Shown here: piece by piece, positions 1 to 6,364 of the stretch
How positions within the stretch are numbered: position 1 is the first letter of the stretch
How the letters are laid out: the number at the start of each line of letters is the position of its first letter
Assembly (NCBI RefSeq): GCF_000143415.4
Contig: NW_003314684.1
Location: 1 to 6,722 of the forward strand
DNA: 6,722 bases
Direction: 5' to 3'
Origin: Selaginella moellendorffii
Lineage: Eukaryota; Plantae; Lycopodiophyta
Translations under genes and position numbers: made by a program
The notes under the pieces: model-generated
The model's database searches: none
What the model was told of the DNA's origin: nothing
The model's input: the letters and a program-made list of their open reading frames with translations, nothing else

Positions 1-1
1 A

Positions 2-937
2 GGCATCCAGATTGATCGCAGAAAAGATGGCTCCCTCTTTCTGCATCAAACCAAGTATGTGGAAGATGTCCTGCAACGATTCAGCATGGACTCTTGTGCG
101 CCTGCACCCACGCCAATGGTTGCTGGCTTAAGACTTTCAAAGGATACATCTCCTTCTACAGACTCGGATAGGAGGAAAATGGCGAACGTTCCTTACCGAA
201 GTGCCGTGGGAAGCTTGATGTACCTGGTGGTGTGCACGCGACCAGACATTGCCTTCTCAGTGAGCATGGTAAGCAGGTTTCTCGACAATCCAGGCCCTGC
301 ACATTGGCAAGCAGTAAAAAGAATTTTTCGGTACTTACGAGCTACCACTTCTTTTGGCTTACTTTACACGCCAAAAGTCACACGCTTACAGGGCTACTGT
401 GATTCGGACTGGGCTGGCTGCCCAGATTCACGAAGATCACACACAGGCTATTTTTTTAGCTTGCAACAAGCAGCTCTTTCTTGGAGCAGCAAGAAACAGA
501 GTGTTGTGGCCTGCTCTAGCTGCGAAGCTGAGTATATGGCTGCTAGCGCTGCTTGCAAGGAGGCCATCTGGCTTCGTCGTCTTCTAACGGACATGGAACA
601 CTCTCTTCCAGGTTCAACAGCGATCTATTGCGACAATCAGGGTTGCATTGCCTTAAGCAAGAATCGCAAGATCAATTCAAGAACAAAGCACATGGACACA
701 GTACACCATTTTCTTCGAGACCAATATGAAGATGGAATCGTCGAGCTTGTGTATTGTTCTACTCAGGACATGCCTGCTGACGTTCTGACCAAGGCACTCT
801 CCCAGCCGAAATTTTCTCAGTTTCGGGCTGCACTTGGCGTCTGCCCGAGTGGGAGTGTTACGGTGGCAAGCCGTACGATGTACGGACCAGTGCCAGCTAG
901 GACGCCAGGAGACGCGTCGTTTTTGGTTGTATATTGA
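2..937 (+). CDS. pol: Copia-type pol polyprotein, C-terminal part (RT C-terminus + RNase H); 5'-partial
   Basis: Frame is open from base 2 (GIQIDRRKDGSLFLHQTKYVEDVLQRF). Motifs: PYRSAVGSLMYL, TRPDIAFSV, HWQAVKRIFRYL, GYCDSDWAG, SWSSKKQ, SSCEAEY, IYCDNQG, RTKHMD, ADVLTKAL. No stops or frameshifts; stop TGA at 935-937 lies inside the LTR. Confidence 0.95.
   Translation, partial: GIQIDRRKDGSLFLHQTKYVEDVLQRFSMDSCAPAPTPMVAGLRLSKDTSPSTDSDRRKMANVPYRSAVGSLMYLVVCTRPDIAFSVSMVSRFLDNPGPAHWQAVKRIFRYLRATTSFGLLYTPKVTRLQGYCDSDWAGCPDSRRSHTGYFFSLQQAALSWSSKKQSVVACSSCEAEYMAASAACKEAIWLRRLLTDMEHSLPGSTAIYCDNQGCIALSKNRKINSRTKHMDTVHHFLRDQYEDGIVELVYCSTQDMPADVLTKALSQPKFSQFRAALGVCPSGSVTVASRTMYGPVPARTPGDASFLVVY
847..855 (+). 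promoter_or_regulatory. Polypurine tract (plus-strand primer site) of the copia element
   Basis: GAGTGGGAG immediately before TGTT at 856, right after the RNase H C-terminus (LGV). This is the canonical copia PPT position. Confidence 0.8.
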
Positions 938-982
938 CCAAAATCTCATGAATAAAAATTCATTCGATGGTCAAACACAACA
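856..982 (+). repeat. 3' LTR, 127 bp, TGTT...AACA termini
   Basis: Starts TGTTA after the PPT and ends CAACA at 982; AATAAA at 951-956. The right boundary is independently fixed by the start of homology with 4567+. Confidence 0.82.
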
Positions 983-987
983 GAGAC
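983..987 (+). repeat. Predicted 5-bp target-site duplication GAGAC
   Basis: First 5 bases after the LTR. The paralogous empty site reads ttggag-GAGAA-aactatgta (4561-4580). The partner TSD is outside the window. Confidence 0.55.
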
Positions 988-1076
988 AACTATGTAAAAG
1001 GTACTTGTAGTGTGTACGTATGTATGTAGGTAGTGTCGACAGATCCAGGTAGTTAAACTGCGAGAGACCACAAACT

Positions 1077-1740
1077 TTGGAGAATTTCCCAGAGAGAGCA
1101 AAGCAAGATTTCTTACCTGTGGACATCCCGGCTACGTGGGAAGCCATGGAAGAATGCTTTCGAAAGGGGCTGGCCAAGGCAATCGGTGTGAGTAACTTTA
1201 GCACGAAAAAGCTGCACGACTTGCTTCAACATGCAAAGATCACTCCTGCAGTGGATCAGGTAACACCATGATCTTCANNNNNNNNNNNNNNNNNNNNNNN
1301 NNNNNNNNNNNNNNNNNNNNNNNNNNNNNNNNNNNNNNNNNNNNNNNNNNNNNNNNNNNNNNNNNNNNNNNNNNNNNNNNNNNNNNNNNNNNNNNNNNNN
1401 NNNNNNNNNNNNNNNNNNNNNNNNNNNNNNNNNNNNNNNNNNNNNNNNNNNNNNNNNNNNNNNNNNNNNNNNNNNNNNNNNNTCAGGTACATGGTTTTCT
1501 TGATTCCCGTTAAGTTTCATTCATCCATGCGTACAGGTGATCATACGATGGCTCACGGAAATCCATGTAGCTCCCGTTGTCAAGAGCTACAACTCCCAGA
1601 GACTGCTGGAAAACATTAATAGCTTCGATTTCAGCTTGGCAGGCGGTGACCATAAACGATTCGAGAGCATCGCACAGGAAAGGATTTTCACTACCAGTCC
1701 TTACAAGTCACCGTTTGAGCTATGGGATGGAGAGATTTGA
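1077..1740 (+). pseudogene. Aldo-keto reductase (plant AKR4-type), C-terminal half, copy 1; exons ~1077-1259, [gap]-1486, 1537-1740
   Basis: [45 protein letters not shown], then donor GT at 1260. Intron 1487-1536 (50 nt). Last exon VIIRW..VVKSYNSQRLLENINSFDF..SPYKSPFELWDGEI*. In-frame TAG just upstream, no IHWP or N-terminal half, and a copia insertion ~95 bp upstream. Confidence 0.85.
1278..1482. other. Assembly gap (205 N)
   Basis: Run of n. The equivalent interval in the paralog is 4862-5074 (213 bp: intron remainder plus most of the middle AKR exon). Confidence 0.99.
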
Positions 1741-1816
1741 ATGCCATCATAAGCTATATAACGCTGTCATCTTTTTATTTGAAGATTCTTCAAATGAAGA
1801 GTTACCTGGATGGTGA

Positions 1817-3188
1817 TCATGATCTTATGCGGTGCACAAAATTGATGATGGACGCGATGGTTCCAGCCATGCCCACTGCAGTTCCCACAGCCAAGATGGC
1901 ATAGTTGACTCCGGCCTCCCACTTTGGCATCACGTTTCTGTATATTCTCAAGTAAAATAACGAAGGAAGGGTCACCGCTACGAGCATGCCTGAGGCAGAG
2001 CCTATAAATGCCACCATGGTTTCGAAGTATGGAAAAACCATAGCCAACAAAAAAACGAAGATCAGGAGACCGGTCCTGAGAAGCAGGCTGGATGCCACAA
2101 AGGATCTCGAAGTATTGGGCCACGGGAATTTGCTCTCAATATCGAGAGCTATGGGAGCAAGGCATAGCGAATACTTGCTGAATGGAAGGAGAACAACCAT
2201 CCATAGCACAAGCTTGGCAGCAACCAAGTGTGTGGGAATATTTAGAGATACTTGCGGAAGTGTATAGTCCCCAAACATGGTTCCTCCTAGAAACGCGAAT
2301 CCAATGTATATCATCGTGGCGATCATAAAACTGAGAACCAACACCTAGAAGTCCAGTACGAAGTTTAGTTTTACATCTCCATGTCAGTCGATAAAAATAA
2401 AACCTTTGCATAGTTGGAGGGATTCTTGAGCGACGTATAAACACTAGGAAGAGCACAGTGAGCCGCAAAACAGTAGGCATAGATTCCCGCGATGTTGAGC
2501 AAGTTTTCCGGTCTCAAGTGTGGAACGGAGTGGTGAAACCCGATACCTAATCCAGCTCCGGCATAAATCATCGTAACCGTGATGATCATGTACGTAACAA
2601 TACCAAATAGAGATAGATACGATATCCATGCCAAGTTTCTCAGCCAGACTGTTGGAAGAACAACGAGGAACGCTATGAAAAGCAGCACCTTGGAAGGGCC
2701 AATCTCAAGAGCTGAGATCCGAAGAGTAGCATGAGGGAATAGCCTGGCAAGATTGTCACCCATGGAAATCGTGTAGCCCACCAACACTGCTATCATCTCG
2801 AATTGAACCAGCAAGGTGAAGGGAAGGCGAGCTCTGGAACCGAAGGCAGTCTCGGCAATTGTGTTGTATGATCCATTTGGGGTGAGGCAGCGACCAAGAA
2901 CATAGGCAGTATAGCAGCATATCACTGAAAACGCGAACAGGATGCTCAAACCCAGCCAGCCACCTTGCTCGAGAGCGTAGGGTGTGGTGAGGAAAGAAAT
3001 CCCTGCAAAGAATAAAGGCAGCTTGCTTGAAGCTTCTCAAAGCCGTCAATCACGATTTATCACTCACCAAGTATGGCACTGACACTGTTGAATGTTGCAT
3101 GTAGGAATGAGCTCCTTTGTAGCTTGTTTTGTGATTGATCATTTTGATCGAGGCTCTGCCCCTCCACCTCAAGAGCTTGGTGCTCCAT
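1817..3188 (-). CDS. AVT1: Amino-acid transporter, AVT1 family (Aa_trans/AAAP), ~415 aa; exons 3188-3068, 3002-2404, 2344-1817
   Basis: Spliced frame MEHQALEVEG...RSSFLHATFNSVSAILG/ISFLTTPYALEQGGWLGLSILF..CCYTAYVLGRCL..IAETAFG..LPTVWLRNLAWISYLSLFG..YCFAAHCALPSVYTSLKNPSNYAK/VLVLSF..GTMFG..QVSLNIP..KYSL..PYFETMVAFIGS..LPSLFYLRI. GT-AG introns 3067-3003 (65 nt, phase 1) and 2403-2345 (59 nt, phase 0). No internal stops; many hydrophobic segments. The start ATG is the best in-frame candidate; a further upstream exon is possible. Confidence 0.9.
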
Positions 3189-3434
3189 ATCTATCTCGAC
3201 ATCCCGCTCAGACGAAGGCCCTTATAAAAAAATGCCAAAGTCATGGTCAAACGAGAAACCTTAAAGAGTTTATCCCTTGATTCTCGCTGAAAGGTCAGTG
3301 AAAGTCCTATCAAAGCTCCATCCCCTCGAGCTCCATTTAAGTCATGTAGAAACTTCTAAAGAGAAGACTCGAGAGGCCCTGCTCCCACCGAGTCACGAGA
3401 CCCTCTCCCAAGTGTTTATACCTTCAGAGGAGGT

Positions 3435-3781
3435 ATGGACACCAAGATACGGGGACCACGTGAGTCTTTCGTCCTAGATGCGTTTGGATGGAACACGGTA
3501 AGTGAAGAAGATAGTCTCTCATCACTTTTCATTCTCCCATGTCCGCAACAAATTCATGGGATCAAGCCGCTCTTCGTCTCTTGTGGCAGGGAGGCTCCAA
3601 ATCCCTGTCGAGGCTGGGCTGGGCGGTGGATTTGAGCGTTTGCCTGGGGATTATCCTGTGGATGCTGGTCATGCAATGTGGGCTGGGCCTGTGGGGCGAC
3701 GTCCACACTTTCGTCAAGGTGTTGGAGGGAACCAGGCCCTTTCCAAAGTGCTGCATACCTGAGCATATTCCTAGAATTTAG
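3435..3781 (+). CDS. Possible small 2-exon ORF (3435-3497, 3590-3781), 84 aa with one hydrophobic segment; unknown
   Basis: Consensus donor ACG|GTAAGT at 3498 and pyrimidine-rich acceptor TCTCTTGTGGCAG at 3589 join in frame. No family recognised. Confidence 0.25.
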
Positions 3782-3794
3782 GGCTATCGATTCC

Positions 3795-3803
3795 TATATA
3801 AAT
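3795..3803 (+). promoter_or_regulatory. Candidate TATA box (CCTATATAAAT)
   Basis: Matches the plant TATA consensus and lies ~36-44 bp upstream of ATG 3839. Confidence 0.4.
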
Positions 3804-3838
3804 GTTTTTGCTGCTCCAATGTAGCCTTTTATGAGAGA

Positions 3839-4363
3839 ATGCTGCGAGGAGGTGGAGGTAAGGCGGCTGTGGGCGGCTTGTTGAGGCAGCTCCGATCGCT
3901 CCACTTGCCTCGGCGATGGTTCGCTGACAAGGGATTCACGCGCAGGGACTTCAGCGATCGGGGGTTCCAGGAGGAGGACTACATCAGCGACAATTGCTTC
4001 CGCAGCATGGCGCTCCATCGATTCAAGGAGGCCCGCGACTTCACCCACGCGCCAGTCTTCTCGGGTTTCGACGAGGACGAGCGCGCTTACAGGGCCAGGC
4101 TGAGGAGGGCGAGTACCGCCAGCAATGCTGCATCCAAAGAGGGAGGAGAGGAGCGAAAGCTCGCTCGATCTCCAAAGCTTGCGGGGAAGCTCCCGGAGGC
4201 GTTTGATCTCTCCGGCCGCAAGCGAAAGATCGACAACAAGAGGAAGATGCTCATGAGCCGAGCTTTCAAGGACTATACCTGGTTTGAGTTCGAGGGAAGC
4301 GGCCTGGACGAGCACACTAGAAAGGAGATGGCGAGGAAGAAAAAGAAGCTGGGACGGAACAAG
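3839..4363 (+). CDS. First exon (175 codons) of an unidentified gene with a mitochondrial-presequence-like N-terminus; unspliced ORF runs to 4411
   Basis: GC-rich, coding-like codon usage. N-terminus MLRGGGGKAAVGGLLRQLRSLHLPRRWFA is Arg/Leu-rich and free of acidic residues. Perfect donor AAG|GTGAGT at 4364, after which composition turns AT-rich. Confidence 0.6.
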
Positions 4364-4424
4364 GTGAGTGTGCGGCATTCGATTCCTTCTCTTTCGGATC
4401 CTCACAAGTGATATAGATCTCTTG

Positions 4425-4525
4425 AACGAATCTATCAATGCTCGGAGCGTTTGTACCGATGGAAAGAACACAGGAAGGCTCCAACGAATCTATCAGTGCT
4501 CGAAGCTTTTGTAGCAACACAGGAA
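4425..4525 (+). repeat. Imperfect tandem duplication, 2 units (starts 4425 and 4483)
   Basis: AACGAATCTATCAATGCTCGGAGCGTTTGTA...AACACAGGAA vs AACGAATCTATCAGTGCTCGAAGCTTTTGTA..AACACAGGAA; the second unit is ~9 bp shorter internally. Confidence 0.85.
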
Positions 4526-4566
4526 AGTTATAAGAGCTTATAGCGCAAACAAGACAAGCATTGGAG

Positions 4567-5369
4567 GAGAAAACTATGTACAAGGTACTTGTAGTGTGTA
4601 CGTATGTATGTAGGTAGTGTCGACAGATCCAGGTAGTTAAACTGCGAGAGACCACGAACTTTGGAGAATTTTCCAGAGAGAGCAAAGCAAGATTTCTTAC
4701 CTGTGGACATCCCGGCTACGTGGGAAGCCATGGAAGAATGCTTTCGAAAGGGGCTGGCCAAGGCAATCGGTGTGAGTAACTTTAGCACGAAAAAGCTGCA
4801 CGACTTGCTTCAACTTGCAAAGATCACTCCTGCAGTGGATCAGGTAACACCATGATCTTCAAGAAAACTTCTACCAAGTTGTGTTGTCACTCTTCAAGGT
4901 TGAGTTACATCCATTGTGGCAGCAAGGGCAGTTGACAGACTTGTGCAAGAGAAATTGTGTCCAGGTGATTGCTTGGTCACCTCTAGGTGGTCTTGGCAAG
5001 CCTTGGGGAAGCAAATCCGTACTAGAGCATCCTGTTATCCAGGAAATCGCTCTAAAGCACCACAAATCTCCTGCTCAGGTACATATTTTTCTTAAGTTTC
5101 ATTCATCCATGCGTACAGGCGATCATACGATGGCTCACGGAAATCCATGTAGCTCCCGTTGTCAAGAGCTACAACTCCCAGACACTGCTGGAAAACATTA
5201 ACAGCTTCGATTTCAGCTTCATTAACAGCTTCGATTTCAGCTTGGCAGACGAGGACCATAAACGAATTGAGACCATCGCACAGGAAAGGCTTGGTATGTG
5301 GGATGCTTTGTGTAATTTCACTACCAGTCCTTACAAGTCATTGTTTGAGCTATGGGATGGAGAGATTTG
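4567..5369 (+). repeat. Local direct duplication, copy 2 (paralog at 983-1739)
   Basis: Direct sequence comparison with 983-1277 and 1483-1739. Confidence 0.95.
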
Positions 5370-5403
5370 GGGAGATTTATTCTGGGCATATCCTAAAATT
5401 TAA
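4661..5403 (+). pseudogene. Aldo-keto reductase (plant AKR4-type), C-terminal half, copy 2; exons ~4661-4843, 4899-5078, 5119-5403
   Basis: [13 protein letters not shown] / VELHPLWQQ..VIAWSPLG..HPVIQEIALKHHKSPAQ / AIIRW..VVKSYNSQTLLEN..SPYKSLFELWDGEI-WGDLFWAYPKI*. Introns 4844-4898 (55 nt) and 5079-5118 (40 nt). The N-terminal half with the catalytic Asp/Tyr/Lys/His is absent, and the stop TGA is changed to TGG. Confidence 0.88.
5196..5243 (+). repeat. Perfect 24-bp tandem duplication inside the last AKR exon (in frame)
   Basis: CATTAACAGCTTCGATTTCAGCTT at 5196-5219 and 5220-5243; single copy in the paralog. Confidence 0.95.
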
Positions 5404-5492
5404 CGGTTAAGATTAGACAATGTAAAATTATGACTTTTGGAACCATAAAAAAATGGCAAATGTCTTTTAGGGCACGTGACCATAAGGAGAGC

Positions 5493-5497
<5 letters not shown>

Positions 5498-5555
<58 letters not shown>

Positions 5556-5575
5556 CTGTCTGTGTGTGTGTGTGT
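5498..5575 (+). repeat. Compound microsatellite (CT)24(GT)5CTGTCT(GT)7
   Basis: Directly visible; ends 11 nt before a TTGCAG acceptor-like site (5586). Confidence 0.97.
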
Positions 5576-5735
5576 CCTCATTGCAGAGCACCTCAGTAGT
5601 TGATTTCAGATCATACTTTCCTGGTGGACCATTCAAAGAACCATGGAATGATTTAGAAGGCTACAGTCAGCCGTACCTGAAGAACTGAAGCTGCCACCGG
5701 TTGGTTCATTCTCGAGTTCAAAAGCTCAGGATACC

Positions 5736-6364
5736 ATGGTTAATGGCCATGTGCTGGAAAATGACAATCATTTAACCCATGCCAAAACGTTCTTCAACAG
5801 GAGAATTATTGAGTTCGTGAAGAAACGAGTCGCATTTATGGAAAAAGTACTCAACTCAGAATATCATCTGGTAAAAGAGTCTCAACCCCCCTATCGTTGT
5901 CCCTGAGATTCTAACTTGAGATGTTCCAGGATGACCAAGATATTCTGGCCAATTGCAGCAACAGCGGCATCGAGCCTGGCGAGGGACCAAAAACCTTCTA
6001 CCAAAAGCCGCAACCTACATTTGTTCCTTATCCAACACCTTTGAGTGAGTTCCTTTGATTTAGACACTAGAAAAAACTCTTAACACGTTCATTTTTGGAC
6101 TGCTCCAGAAGAAGTCCTGGGAACGGCACTGGATAACAATCCTAAGCGGCTGAAAGTCCCAGCCTATTACAACGAGGTTGTGTTTGTTTCTCCGTTTGCA
6201 TGGCTTTCTCTGTGTCGCCATAGTTGTGCTTGATGATCAGCGAGAACAGGCTCGACGCCTTCCAGACTTACGCGGGGAACAAATCTGCCGGCATCCGCCT
6301 GTGCAGGTGCATTTGGCAGATCGACGTGCTCTGCTCGGAAATGCAACGAGGATTGGGAGCATAG
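5736..6364 (+). CDS. Multi-exon gene fragment of unknown function (exons 5736-5870, 5930-6044, 6109-6176, 6224-6364; 152 aa from ATG 5736); probably a remnant of a longer gene
   Basis: Three GT-AG introns of 59, 64 and 47 nt (branch-like CTAAC 5911-5915 and TTAAC 6080-6084) with compatible phases 0/1/0 give a stop-free frame. The frame is open back to 5652. Confidence 0.55.

Larger units (their letters stand above)
1..982 (+). mobile_element. Ty1/copia LTR retrotransposon, 3' portion (RT end, RNase H, PPT, 3' LTR); 5' part lies outside the window
   Basis: Copia-type RT/RNase H motifs in an uninterrupted frame, then a purine tract and a TGTT...AACA-bounded segment. Homology to the duplicated AKR flank (4567 onward) starts at the base right after 982. 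Confidence 0.95.
983..1739 (+). repeat. Local direct duplication, copy 1 (paralog at 4567-5369)
   Basis: 983-1277 matches 4567-4861 with 5 substitutions by eye (offset 3584). 1483-1739 matches 5075-5369 with about a dozen substitutions and three indels. Homology stops at the AKR stop codon. Confidence 0.95.

Noticed and set aside
856-937. pol ORF reading through the PPT into the LTR as a novelty
   Set aside because: Common among plant copia elements; noted only as context.
354-949. ORFs 354..587 (+) and 677..949 (-)
   Set aside because: Alternative-frame or antisense shadows of copia pol; no recognisable motifs.
971-1204. Duplicated minus-strand ORFs 971..1204 and 4528..4788 as genes
   Set aside because: Antisense to AKR exons and repeated only because of the duplication; only the QFNYLDL snippet is informative.
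1256-1520. ORFs 1256..1492, 1268..1513, 1275..1520
   Set aside because: Artefacts of translating through the N gap.
1577-3049. Overlapping ORFs 1577..1816, 1722..1904, 1767..2123, 1986..2267, 2136..2480, 2444..2629, 2756..3049
   Set aside because: Off-frame or antisense to the AKR and AVT1 exons.
3221-3259. Extra upstream AVT1 coding exon via a 39-nt intron
   Set aside because: The required phase puts TAA stops immediately upstream; ATG 3188 was kept as the start.
3794-4471. 225-aa minus-strand ORF
   Set aside because: Antisense shadow of the GC-rich 3839 exon; the plus strand has the TATA, ATG, presequence and splice donor.
4425-4525. CRISPR-like repeat-spacer array
   Set aside because: Only two degenerate units, eukaryotic context, no cas genes.
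5473-5478. G-box CACGTG
   Set aside because: A single hexamer is expected by chance and is not tied to a defined promoter.
5393-5688. RE-repeat and LS-repeat ORFs (5393..5581, 5400..5636, 5476..5688)
   Set aside because: Translations of the microsatellite.
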